The notes under the pieces were generated by a model, which saw only the letters and a program-made list of their open reading frames with translations, was not told the origin of the DNA and ran no database searches. The translations under genes were made by a program, and so were the position numbers. A stretch of DNA of 64,000 nt from Priapulus caudatus (lineage: Eukaryota), in assembly GCF_000485595.1 (NCBI RefSeq), contig NW_014577071.1, positions 1,023,506 to 1,087,505 on the forward strand, given 5' to 3'. Of this stretch, positions 24,158 to 38,608 are shown piece after piece (position 1 is the stretch's first letter; every line of letters begins with the position of its first letter).

Positions 24158-27100
24158 GATATATATACATATATATATATAAACATTATACATATTTATT
24201 TTAAATATTTTAGCGCATGCTCATCATTTCGATCGTATTAATAAATGTCTGATTTCACTCCTGTGTGGCAATCGTAACCATGATCGCCAGTTTAACCATG
24301 TATTTTTCATTTAGGCGTGGTCCTGCTATGAACTTGTTGGAGGCCGTGCACTATACTTACTCAAATCGATGCGCTGCAGGAAATTTGGAGTTAATCTTCG
24401 CATCGTGTAATTGGTCGCGGTTAGAGGATGAACACCGGTCTGCTACTCGTGTTAGATTCGGGACCACATGTGGCACTCGGTCGCTACTTGCATTTTCGGT
24501 GGATTATCTGTCGAATCGAATCAAAGCAAACGAGCTGCTATAAATATCATGAGCCACACGACCGATGATCGTATAGCCGTCATCTACGGCAGTGTTCCGT
24601 TGTCAGTCGCGCATTCAGGGCTGGGCACAGCGTGCGGTCGCCCCTCTAGAATTTTCAAGAGAAAGGTATGTTAGACTAGGTAAGTCTGCACTGGTAACAC
24701 CAATGATGACATGTACACTGGGCACATAGTAAAATGCTGCATGCAGCGCTGGTATTGATGGAGTTAAGTGAAAAGACGTTTACGGGTGGGCTGAACGGTA
24801 GGTGTTGGATTAAGAGTTAGAATTGAGTGTGCTTACCCGCGCGTCAGTGCTGATCGTTTACTCACCGCGTGTGTGCTAATTGGAAGGTGTGGTGTTAGCG
24901 TATTGAGTTCGAACTTTGAGAGTACGCCGTAAAAACGTATTTGGGAATTAAAACCCGCCTAACGCTGCAATTAAAATTGGCGAGAAACGAGTACGAGCTC
25001 GGTACATTTCACTGCGATTAAAGACGCTTCATAGTCACCGTAAGAGAGAGAAGCGGAGGGCTGTGCACGTGGAGGATGTGCCGTTCGTGTGTGAGTCTGA
25101 ACGCGGGCGCCGCGAGTTAATCCGTGGCAGCGTGACTGCACGAGCTATTGACCGTGCACCCGCACTTCCGCAGCCTTGCGCAATTCGCACTTCACGTTAA
25201 TAACACGACGAAATCCCGACGCGAGTATCGCGAAACATACTGCGTTCGCATCGTGGTGCTTAAATATGAAATAATTAGTATTTCCTTAATGTGAGTCCTC
25301 CGAAAGTTCATTCGCATTATGTGAGGCGTACGAGCGGAAATCAATCAGAGATGACGCATGTTAATTCCGCAATTCCTATCAAATTTGTATTAATTGGAGA
25401 CGCACGAGAGCTTAGAGTAAGGAAATCGGCAGACGCCTATGTGTGCAAATTGAGACTCTATCTAATTATTTCTTTATAAAATTGCAATTATTACGAACGT
25501 GTGCAATTATTACGAGCGGGCGCTTGAATTCAAATAGTGTATAAATTTATTTTTTTCAATCTATTTTTTTTTAATTCATTTTTTAATTCATTTATTTATT
25601 TATTTATTTATTTACTTATTATTTATTTATTTATCTATTTATTTATCTAGTTATTTATTTATTTATTTATTTGTTTATTTATTCATTCATTCATTCATTA
25701 TGGTTGAGCATCAACTTCGTATGTCAAATACACAACGTTATTGAACCATACATTTGCGATTCATTGTATCATATACAACAATATACAATATTTCTTTATA
25801 AAATAATTTGTATCAAGAAGTCTCCTACGTAAACAATAACACCCATGCTTGTATAAGACAGCTATCGCTAAAGCTTTATAAATGAAATTAACGTAGTGAT
25901 CAGACAACGAGTAGTAACTCGATATTGCACTCGATATTTATTAGTCTCAAGAATATTGCGGTCACAGTCTCGCGAATGGACACCGATTATCAAGGGTAAC
26001 TATACTCCTTATTTTCTTTATTATATTACGCTATTTCGACAGAGAATCCCTAGTCATCAGTTCCGCTCTTCTTATTTACGTTGCATTCGTCCTACACGGT
26101 CAATAGACCGCCATATTTATAACGATTACTTGGAGCATCTTTAGTGCGATGATCCTTCTACGAAATGAAGCAAACGCTTAGAGTGAAACTAAACTAATAC
26201 TAGTTTACGGCCAGGGGAGAATCGTAAGATAGTCAAACCGCTTCTTACAGTCAAAAGATGATATTGCAACCAAACATCGTGTTTTCTCCGCTATAATTTT
26301 TTTTCAATGACAAATAATCCTTGCGGAGATAGATTCTACTAACATTATCAAAATGATAGTCACTTTAATCCCTCTGTCGGCGGAACTGCGGGAAAAACTG
26401 CGGCAATCAGCTTCTATTAACTAGAGCCATCGTGGTAAGCAGAGGATACTTCCAAATTCACAAGCTTCGCGGATTCTGTTATGCGTGCAGAAATATATTT
26501 TAGTGGCAAAGATGTTTGGCGCTGGTAGCGTTTGCATCCAACGGCGTCCAGTGCAAATGAGCTAGCATGCATGGCTACCATTATGCTGCGAAATGAGTCG
26601 CTCACGCGAAATTACTAACTGACAGAAAATTACAGAGTTGCTCGCGCTCTGAGAACTGAATGCGCCGATCGTCCTGCTAGGTCGCTGTTGTTGTTCAGCG
26701 CGTTGACCGATCACTCATCCAGTTACACTGTCGGCGGGCGGGCGGGCAGTAGAGCTGCATTACGTTGTTACTCGGAGCGGGGCGTGGCATGGCGGCGCGC
26801 AGGCGGCTAGGCGGTGCTGCACACGCTAGCGCGGCGGGGCGGTGCTGGTAACTGAGCAGGGGTTGGGGCTCGACATCAATTCGTAGAACCTACTGGACGC
26901 ACTGGCTTGTCAGGTCTAGTGCGCCGTGCGAATCGGGCGTGGTGACGACTGCGGAGCGGGTTGCAGTGGCCTGGAGTCGACGCGCGCCGGTGGGCAATAC
27001 TGAGCTGAGCTAGGCAGTACATGGTGGTTGCGGCGCAAGACGGCGGGGGCGGCTGGACGTGCGCGCGCAACGGCGATACAATGTACGGCACCAGTGGCAG

Positions 27101-27479
27101 ACAACGGACGGTCGGGCGCGGGCAGGCGTAACGGATGCACGGTGACGGGCGGCAGAACACTAACGCGTGCATGACGGGGAGGCGCGGCAGTGGCGACAAC
27201 GGACGGCGCGGCGGGACATGGACGGGCCGATATGTGCGACTTATGTGAGCCGACCGGCCCGGGCGGCGCGTTGTTCGGGCAAGCCTGGCGGTCTGTTCGC
27301 GACTGCAGATGCAGCGGGATCGGGCGGGCTGGTCGGTCCGGTGCAGCACAGCTTGCTGCGACGCTCGGAGCTGGCATCTCTCTACTGGAGTCGTTTGCCC
27401 AGCTGAGCCAGTGTGAGTCGGGTTGCGAATGAGAGCACATGGGCCGCTGACGCGTGCCACATTGCCGAATCTGCAATAG

Positions 27480-30010
27480 CACTAATGCATCTATGCTAAT
27501 GAACTTTACTGCCATGCACTATGCACTTGCACAACGTGGAGTGCACTATGCAATAAGCATATGCACTATGCATACGTCTATGCACTACGGATCATGCACT
27601 ATGACCTATTGCAACAGGATGCACTAGCATACTTGCACTTGCAGGTTTGCACTATCGCTATGCGACATGCCTATGCACATAGCACTTATGCCTATGCACT
27701 ATGCCTATGCACTTGCATTGCATTAATGCACTATGCACATTAGACTAGCATAGCACTATGCATATGCCGAGGCACGAGCAGCTATGCACTATGCACTATG
27801 CATTATCGCTTGCACTATGCCGCTATGCATACACTATGCCTAGGCACATCCTGCCTCAGCCTTGCACTACAGGTGCACTATGCCTATCACTACGATTATG
27901 CATATGCCCTATAGCACTATGCACTATGCACTATGCACTATTGCACTATGCACTAGCATATCACGTATGCACTATGCCTTCTGCACATTGCATACAGGAT
28001 TGCATATGCACAGGCACTTGCATTGTATTAGCAATTCATCCACTATTGCACTATCCTATGCATTGGACTAGCCTACAGTGTATGCAACAGACACGATGCA
28101 CGATCATATGCACTTGCAATAAGCACTTCACTCTGTCCACTATCCTAGTTATGCACTATGACACGAGCACGAGGTCATTATGCAGTTATGCACTAGCAGT
28201 ATGCCTATGCACCATGCACATGCCTAGTGCACTATGCACATACGCTATGCACTATGCAATATGCCTGCACTATCACAGTGTATTGCACATGCTCCAGCCT
28301 ATGTCACTATGCACTATGCACTTTGCACTAATGCACTATGCACGTGACAGCCTGATGCACTATGCACTATCTAGCTATGACCTATGCACTATGCCCATGA
28401 CTATGCATATGCACTTCACTAGCTCTATGCATATAGCTATCACTATTGCCACTACAGGAATGCACTATGCACTATGCACGAACTGCACTATGACTATTCA
28501 CTATGCTCTGCACTATCCACTCTGCCTATTGCAGACGTGATGCATATGCTATCACGATGACATTTATGGCAGTATGCACTATGCGTCTGCACTGATGCAC
28601 CATGCACTAATCACTAGACACTATGTCATATAGCGCTTGCACTAGCATATGCACTATGCCACTAGGCACTACAGTTATGCACAATGACCATTGACTATGC
28701 TACGCACTATGCACTTAGCACTATGCCTATGCACCGATGCATTATCACATGACTTGATTTCGTTTAGCACTATATTAGTCGATCACTATGGATATGCACT
28801 ATGCATTAGCGTAGGTCCCTATGCGCTATGCACTATGAACTATGCATAATGAACTATGCATCATGCATTATGATACAGTGGATCATATGCATTAGGCATT
28901 ATGCAGTTATGCTTAGATAGCATTAATGACTATGCACTATGCACTATGCACTCTGCATCTATATACAGGTTGACTATGCAGAATGCACTATGCACTATTG
29001 CTGCAGATATCACTAGCACATGCATATGCACTATGCTACTATGCACTATCGCTAATGCACTGCATATACACTAGCACTATGCACTACAGATGTATGCCCT
29101 TGCACTATGCACTATGCAGTATTGCACTATGCGACTTATGCACTATGCACTACTTGCATATGCACTATGGCACTAATGCACTATGCACCATGCACTATCG
29201 CAGAGATGAGTATGCGACTATGCCTATGACACTATGCCATTCACATGCACGTAAGTGTGATGCAACATGCAGCTATTCGCATTGCATTGACGCACTATGC
29301 ACTACACTTGCACTCTTGCACTATTCATACAGGTTGCACTATTGCACTGATGCACGATTTGCCACTAGCACTTGCACTATCACTGCTAGCACTATGACTC
29401 TGCTATCACTCAGTTGTTGCACTTATGCACGATGCACACATGCATTAGGCAGTGATGCCTAATCATATGGCATATGCACCAAGCACTTATGCCTATGCAC
29501 TATAGCACTATGCGCTCTAAGACTATTCATATGCACTCATGACTATGCCAACAGTGTATCACAGTGACCATTTTGCACTATTGCAATATGACTATGCACT
29601 TTCACTAGCACTATGATTCATCTAATCTGACGTATGGACTAATGCATATCGCTATGCACTTGCGATATGCCTAATGCACTATGCCATCACAATGCACAGT
29701 GAATATGCAACTGACAATGACCATACAAATTCAGTATGCACAATTGACTATGCACTAGTGCACCATGCACCATGCCCATGCCCACTGCACTATGCACTAT
29801 CACTACAGTGCATGCACTACAGTGCATGCAGCGTATAGCAATTGCACTCTCCATTATGCATTGTATGCATATGCAGATTGCATACATACACTAGGCTAAT
29901 GCACTATGCACACGTCACTATGCACTATGCACTATGCCGACTGCATGCTGTTGCACTAGCGATATGCAATATGCACTCCTGCTGAGTGGACCATGCACTA
30001 TTGCACTTTC
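27480..30010. repeat. Highly degenerate (ATGCACT)n heptamer satellite
   Basis: TGCACTATGCACTATGCAC runs throughout ~2.5 kb with heavy noise. Confidence 0.85.
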
Positions 30011-30455
30011 GATGAACATTCCAGATGACTATTTAATACCAACCCCTGCCGGCCCTAATTAGTAAAGGCATGGCCTGACGGGGCCTGCTATGTCAGTACA
30101 TTAATTGGCTTGTTCAGTTAAGGATTGCCTATCGGAGACACATGTGATGCTAGCTGACCCTGAACCGGATCGACTATGTGAAATGACCGGAATACTCTGT
30201 TGTTATATGACATTCTACTATTGCGCTCACGAACCCCGTGTTTCGGTGAAACTAGCACTACAAGGTGCAATGTCACTAATGCACTATGCCTTAATAGTGT
30301 ATGGGCACCAAGTGCTGAAATGAGACTTTTTCAGACAATCTACATCTCACCGTAATGCACTACGTTTTGCATCTACGATGCACCATTGGGCGGGCCGACT
30401 GACACTACTGGCGCGCAGTGCACCTGGCCANNNNNNNNNNNNNNNNNNNNNNNNN

Positions 30456-30651
<196 letters not shown>

Positions 30652-31154
30652 CTCTCTCGCTTCTCATCTTTCGTCGCTCCTCATCCGCTCACTCTATCTC
30701 TTCTTCACTTCCCGATTCTACTCCGCTCTCTCGCTAATATTCAGACGTTTTTCTCTATCAGTGCATACATGGTTAGGACGTATGTTAACAACAAACACTG
30801 AAAACCAATTATCTGAGGCCGTCCGCGAAATGGTAATAGCTCTAAGTATCGAGATTTAATGTTTTAAAACCCGCAAATAGCTGTCTGCACAGTTGCTTGT
30901 TTGTATTTAAATGTGTCTTTTGATGTGCGCGCGATAGATTTATTCCCACTGCGCGCATTATGGCCGTTAAGTCATGAACGTTTTCAGCTGTAGTATTCAA
31001 ATAAAGTGTTTCCCATTTAATTAAATGTCAGTCGTGTATGTTAAATATGTTCGACCGAATGCAGCAGAATTCTTTACCGTGGAAGATTATAGAAGCACGC
31101 GAACATGCATGCACCGCGGGTGATGGACTCGAATGGGTTTGTGCGTCTGTGTTT

Positions 31155-31155
31155 G

Positions 31156-31227
<72 letters not shown>

Positions 31228-31267
31228 AGTAAACGGGAATGCGTGCGTGTGGTGGTGCGTACGTACG

Positions 31268-31298
<31 letters not shown>

Positions 31299-31300
31299 AG
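31155..31300. repeat. (GCGT)n microsatellite
   Basis: Direct reading. Confidence 0.9.
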
Positions 31301-32659
31301 GCGTGCGGGCGTGCATGCGAATAAACGTGAATGCGTGCGCGTGTATGCGTGTATAGAGTGCACACGCGCGCACGTGTTCGCGTGCTTCTTTGTGAACGTT
31401 GCAGTAACTAACCTTCGACTCTTGTGTATTACGGCGTACAGTATTGCAGAAAATGCGTGCTGGGCTGAGTGGGCTCTATACATAGCGTCAAGAGCTAATA
31501 AATATTATTATACTCAGTATTTAAAAAGTTTACTAAAGTTACTAAGTTTACTAACTAAAGTTTACTAAGTTTACTAAATACTAAGTATTTATTAGCTCTT
31601 GATCGCGTGGATAAGGGTTAAATATGGATGCGTATATTTTATTAGTCGGATCCACTTCACAGATAAAGCTAACAACGAAGTCTTCAGTCACGATGATAAG
31701 CGCGTGTGAGTCAGCATCCCTCACACATTCGATTGGAAACCCGCACATTCTAACCCCCCCCCCCACATACTCCAGATGCCGACAACACTAGATTAAAACA
31801 AACTCATTTCGTAAACCAGAAAAGTCTGGCATATCGTATAAAATCCTCTACGCTGTGTGTCATTAGGCGTGTTTGTGTTAGCGTCTGGCCGCGAAGCGAC
31901 GCTATTCGCGATGAAGCGCATGCGAACACTCTCGGGGGTTTATTTTCTTACATGCTAAAATCACGACCGGTGATGGCGATGGAAATGGAAAGATGTGATT
32001 AGGTTAATATAATATTGTAGGAGAGTACAACGCCTACATAAAATATATAAAATATACGATGCGAGTTAGTCTACCAGGATGTGTAGTGACGATGCAACGT
32101 AGCGTGCAGGCAGTACGAATAGCAGTAGAGAAGATGAATATCATACCACAATAATATGTCCTTTCTAACTACGTCGTATATGCGCAGATGATCGTTGAAT
32201 AGGTGACGCACGGAGCCCTACACGCGTACACGGAAAAAGCAATAATCAACATTTTATTTATTGCACTAGAGAGTTGCCACGTGAGGTGGCTGCTACCTGT
32301 CACCACGACATCACACCTGTGAGTTTTCAATAGAGCATTTTATTGTGCATGGTACGATTGATCCGTCGTGCTGTCGCGGCATTTTTTGTCAATGATAACC
32401 AGCTGCGGTAATTAAGATTTTGTATATAAATGTTTAGCCTGTGTTTTCGTGTGCTAGACAGAGCCATTGTGTGCAGAAGTACCACCAGAAATCCAGCTAG
32501 AATTCAGACAATCTCACAATCTCACAACAATCACACGCACAATCTTACAACAATCACACGTACAATCACACAACAATCAGACAACAACAAACACACAAAC
32601 AAAATTACAAAAAACAAAAATCAGACAATCTGACCAATAGGATAGCCATATAGCCATTT

Positions 32660-32683
32660 AGTTATCTATTTATCTATCTATTA

Positions 32684-32736
<53 letters not shown>

Positions 32737-32737
32737 C

Positions 32738-32813
<76 letters not shown>

Positions 32814-32816
32814 TTG

Positions 32817-32860
<44 letters not shown>

Positions 32861-32862
32861 TG

Positions 32863-32941
<79 letters not shown>

Positions 32942-33030
32942 CTATCTATCTATCTATTATCTATCTAGTCTATCTATCTATCTATCTATTGTTATCTATC
33001 TATCTATCTATCTATCTATCGTATCTATCT
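32660..33030. repeat. (TATC)n microsatellite decaying into noisy sequence
   Basis: Direct reading. Confidence 0.9.
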
Positions 33031-33552
33031 CTTGCCCTCTCTCGTGCCTCTCTCGCCTATCATCAATATCATACGTATCATATCCTGCTTCCCACCCCCG
33101 CTCTCTCTTATCATCGCCATATCTGAGCTATCTACTCCCTCGCACTCCGCCCGCCTCTGCTCACATATCCTATCTAGTCTACCCATCTCTCGTCCCACTC
33201 GTCCCCTCATCTCTAATGCATCCCTATCTAGATCATCGAGTCCTAGCCTCTCCCCACGTGACGGGGGGTCCCCCTCGCTCTCTATCATATGCATATCGCT
33301 ATCCTCTACCTATCTATGCTTTCCAACCCCTCTCTCTCTGATGCGCGCCTCCATTTCGCCACGAACTCGGCTTATAGTACTTTCTTAGTGCACCACACCA
33401 CGTCTAACTCCCCGCCGATCGGCTCCCGCGATCGGAGACTACCATCCGCGCCGAAGTGCCATCGTAGAGAATCTCCAGGCACTCCTCNNNNNNNNNNNNN
33501 NNNNNNNNNNNNTCTATCTATCTATCTATCTACCTATCTATCTATCTATCTA

Positions 33553-33589
<37 letters not shown>

Positions 33590-33655
33590 TTATCTATCTA
33601 TCTAGCTGTCATCAATGTATCTATCTATCTGTCTGTCTATCTATCTATTTATCTA

Positions 33656-33693
<38 letters not shown>

Positions 33694-35504
33694 ATATATA
33701 TAGATATATATATAGGCAGTTTGCTTTCCACACGCCCTTGCCCAAGCCCTATCTCCCAACGCGCCATCACCACGCACGCCCTTCCACACTTTACACCCGT
33801 CCACGGGTTTACCCCCCATACACTCTGTCACGTAAAATCTCCATATCAAAAGTCGCATGCACTCAATGCACTCTTCTAGCTTATCAACGCGCACAGCTTT
33901 GTCGACCATCCAAACTATTCTATCGCCTCTTTCATTCGTACGGCTGTTAACATCAGAATGCGGAAAAAAAGTGTTTTAAACCTCCCCGATTCGCTTTACA
34001 ATACATTCTATCAAGAGCTTGATTCTATGCTTGCTATAAGTTACTGCGACGTGTTAAGCATGTAGTTACTGCGACGTGTAAAGCATGTAGTTTTGCCATA
34101 TTTTGGTCATAAAAAATTGGGAATATCGATTTTCTTCTGGTTCTTTGTCATACATTTGGTTTTTTGTGATTTCCAATGTCATGCTCGAACCAGACAGAGC
34201 CAGAATAGTAGAGAATAGAAATGAATTCATCAAGGCGAAATGTCATAATATAGAAACTATTATTAAAAAGCGAATAAGGGTATTTATAAATCTTGAAAAG
34301 AGAACTACAAGGACCCTATTAAAACGTACAATTCTTCAATTTATTAGGTTGGATACTCCTAATGTATTATTCACATATCTGCTATCTACTAGTGCTGACA
34401 GGCGTTTAAGCAGGAGCACAGTGCAGTTCGCTTGAAGGCAGCTTTAACACATTATTCAAGCCTAGTTCAGACCCTTACCACTATAGGCTTTCTTAAAGGC
34501 TTTCTTACAGGCACAATGACGCATATAGACGGCTCGAGCTACGGAAAGGAGTTAAGGATATTGGTTCGAGCTTTCTGTGTATAAATGTTGACGCTTAATT
34601 CTAACGTCATTGACTATAATTCTGTCGCTTCTATTCTGAGAGAAACGGTCATGAAAAAAACCTTCAAGTAGGGACATCTGATTGACTGCTGATTGCCTTC
34701 TGAGGCGGCTATATAAATGCCACCGCTTCTGTAGCCATTTTTTTTCAAGTAGACTTCCGCTGCAATGTTTACCCATTTCCTACGAATGTAAAAAATATCT
34801 ACGAAACGTAAAGTATTATCTAACGCAAATGCATTTGGAAACGGAGAGTATGACTCCGCAGGTCGTATATAGTTCAATGAAACCGTCAATTCAGAATTAA
34901 CCATATACTCGAAGTTTGATCCGCACATAAAGAGACCACTCCATATTCTCTGGGCTTGACACCACAGTTAATAACGCGTCGTCCGTGCCCTTGGTAAGCA
35001 CAAACACTTTTCTTGATCGATCACATCTACCGCATAAAGAAACTTGTACTTCATCATGAGTGCGTCGGGACGGGTTATTCCAGCCACATTCAGCCCATTA
35101 GGGAACTCCCTTCCACGTGCTGTACCGCTGCTGTGATGGGCGTTATATGGCCAACGGTGATAAATATTTTGAAGAGACATATGACCGGCTATGTTTTGAT
35201 TTGATCCGTATGTAGGACATTTCAGTTTTACAATGTTGTTGACGCGTACGCGCATCTGAAGGAGGGCTAGTCTCTTGTTCTGCAATGCGCGCGCTTCTTC
35301 CGCACCGCTGTTTAGTTCTGACGTCACGAATGACGTCTTCTACGTCATCTAGCATAGCGTGACATCTTATCTGGAGCTAGTATCATAATATAGATATATC
35401 ATCTATATAATATATTATATACTATATATATTTATATATATATATATATAATATATATATAAAGATATATATATATTATATAGATGATATATCTATATTA
35501 TGAT

Positions 35505-35555
<51 letters not shown>

Positions 35556-36170
35556 CTATATTATGACACTCATGCTGCTTCTTATATAGCATCCCTTATC
35601 ACCAAACAATAAAGGCCCATTTACAATAAAAATTATGCACTAAAAGAAGTCGAGAGTATGATGTAACAGCCAGAAAGTGCCTCGGGAGATTTCTTTAGGC
35701 ATCGTGATGTCGGTCCCGGCGTTTTGGCCAAAAAGGCAGCCGAAGATCCCAATTATCGATGTGAGCCTACTTATGATCAGCGTTTATATAAAATTGGCTG
35801 TGCCGAAGCTATATTTCTGCTGGTGTGTAGAAAGAAACACTGTGGAAAATTCCATGCAATTATCGTTGAGAACGCATATGGCTGGAGCATCGGCTCTGGT
35901 ACTAATTATGATGTTCGGAATCGGATATACTCTCGCATAATTTTCAACCATCGAGAAACGAATACCGACCGCGTTTAAAATGCGTTTTGTTATCAATTTC
36001 CTGTTTGTTATTAGTACGAGGAAAGAAAATCCATGCGGGAAATATCGTATATTAGAACCGCTATTTAATATACCGCAGTCAAATAACCTATTAAAGGCAT
36101 AATAAGCCCATTGATTATGCAATGTTGGCGAATGCTAGAGTAACTGGCACCTTGTGTAGTTAATAAGTAT

Positions 36171-36932
36171 ATAACCTAATAGCCAAATGCGTATTAGTTT
36201 GTCCAATATTACTGCTGGTTACATTAGAAACAAGACTTGAAATCGGCTGTTGATATGTATCAACGTATCATTTACGTTCCGTAAATGTCATCCAGGAGTC
36301 AAGCGATGTCGTAAACATTTGTGCGGCCCGTATGTTTTGGAGGCCAGATGAAATGGAGGTGTCAGCGGTGTAACCACGGCCACGGACTAGACATGAAAAT
36401 GGAGTAAAACACACGTACTAATCACGGACGCACGTGGACAGCCCTGACAAAAAGTTCCTTATTACGAGCGTCCATGTTTACTGAAGCAATATAAATTTCG
36501 TTACACGTAATGATGACTTGCAGATGGTCCGCCACATTGGATCGATCGATACATAACCTAATAGCCAAATGCGTATTAGTTTGTCCAATATCACTGCTGG
36601 TTACATTAGAAACAAGACTTGAAATCGGTTGTTGATATGTATCAACGTATCATTTACGTGCCGTAAATGTCATCCAGGAGTCAAGCGATGCCGTAAACAT
36701 TTGTGCGGCCCGTATGTTTTGGACGCCAGATGAAATGGAGGTGTCAGCGGTGTAACCACGGCCACGGACTAGACATGGAAATAGAGTAAAACACACGTAC
36801 TAATCACGGACGCACGTGGACAGCCCTGACAAAAAGTTTCTTATTACGAGCGTCCATGTTTACTGAAGCAATATAAATTTCGTTACACGTAATGATGACT
36901 TGCAGATGGTCCGCCACATTGGATCGATCGAT
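36171..36932 (+). repeat. Tandem duplication, 2 copies, 382-bp period
   Basis: 36171-36550 and 36553-36932 align without indels; about 8 substitutions counted by eye. Confidence 0.95.
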
Positions 36933-37142
36933 CAGACCGCTAAGGTCTTTTTAATTACGTAGACTCATTATACGTGAGCTGCGGAACACCGAGCGGGCAA
37001 CCTTGAATCCGTCTAAGCGTTCACGCGTATAATCTTCCTAATAACTCGCTCTTTCATCTACCCCACACGCTGCATTAATTAATGCTATAGTTAATCACAA
37101 AACATGTCGTGAGTAAGTTCATTTCCTGAGAGTCGAAGTAGA

Positions 37143-37306
37143 GGGGGCGGGCGTCGAGAAATTCGATATAAATACGAGACAGGCGCGCACATTTAAAGAC
37201 GCACATCACCGCGACACATCAAACGCTCGACTAAAGGACACCGCGATCATACTTTTTTGTTATAATGTCTGCCGTCGACAACTTCAAATTAAACGCAAAA
37301 GTAAAT
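37143..37306 (+). promoter_or_regulatory. Candidate Pol II core promoter and first exon (GC box, TATA box, ATG, donor)
   Basis: GGGGGCGGG at 37143-37151, TATAAATA at 37167-37174, ATG at 37265 (MSAVDNFKLNAK) then |GTAAAT at 37301. No downstream coding exons identified. Confidence 0.35.
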
Positions 37307-38556
37307 CGCTATTCAAATGTAGTTATACGGTGACGGTGAAGGCCGTGTCGTACGCAATGACGCGTGAGGCGGTTGGCGTAGTGTTGCGCCGTGCGAAATA
37401 GCAGTAAAAAATAAAAGTAACTCTATCTGCTAAAAATTGCGGACTATTTTTTTTGCATGTGCATATGTATGTGCTATATTCCTGTGTAAATCGCTTCATA
37501 TGGTTCTATATAGCGTATCTCAAAAAATAATCATCTAACTATATATTAAAACAGAGTAGGGGTTGTTATAGTTGATTATATATATATATGTATATAGTTA
37601 TGTCTGTGGGTTGATATCCCTTCTAACACAAGCAAAGTGCAGATGACAATCCACGTTCTAACTACATCATTCGACAAGCATTGATCGATATAGCATCGAT
37701 CTATACATATATACCTGAATTTTATAGTTACTGCGACTGAATGCTGGATTTAGTGCGGAATGGTTTGCCCTTTACAAGTCGTCCGGTTTGACCGTGATTG
37801 CTAGTCTGGCTGTCGCTCGCGCCGCGTTTAACGTCAGTGCATGCCTTTATTAGATCCACGTTCGAGTTCTATTATTCGCTTCATGGTAGTAATTTGGCGG
37901 TCTAAAAGTACCAGTTCAAGAATGGTTGCCGGATTCAACCTGTCTTCCTTCTAAACGAATTCGTTGCTTTTGGGCCGTATAGGATTATAGTACTTGCGCG
38001 GACGAAACTCTTTCACCGCAATCAGTGTACCTGACTTTAAAAAAAACGCTATATTAACCGTAAGGAGTATACGTCTTTGTGAATAACTGTATACATGTGT
38101 TCGTCTGATGCTGCTACATCACTGTCTACTGTCTTACGTGCGGCCGTGTTTCAGCGTTGAGATGAATCACGTTTTGTTTTGCTTTGTTTTTCATTAAAAA
38201 ATTGTTATTGTGTGAATTTTTCTTATAATATCGGCTCCTTCAAATGTCATTAACGTCAATCGATGGAAAATTTACGCTTTACTGCGCACCGTGATGATAA
38301 AGGATATCTGCCTTGGTGAGTCCTCGTCCTTTCACCGCTTGGCGAGCGAGCGGGTAACGTATACGTAACGTACTTGCTGCTAACAATACTCCGGTGCGTT
38401 TCATCACGCCGACTAGTTGACAATGTGTTCCAACGTGCGCAGATTCACGATTGCTTTCTTCAATCTTTGCCTTCCGGAGAGATACGCCATACTGATAAGT
38501 TGCAGATGATTGTCTATATATTGTCCATATTATTATTTCTATAGCTAGCTTATATG

Positions 38557-38608
<52 letters not shown>

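Noticed and set aside
26876..27515. GC-rich ~195 aa ORFs
   Set aside because: Low-complexity noisy sequence leading into the heptamer satellite; no protein motifs.
27758..29462. Cys/His/Met-rich ORFs resembling metal-binding proteins
   Set aside because: Translation of the (ATGCACT)n satellite (MHYALCT).
37265..37300. MSAVDNFKLNAK as a phosphagen-kinase N-terminus
   Set aside because: Only a short chance-level resemblance; no kinase exons found downstream.
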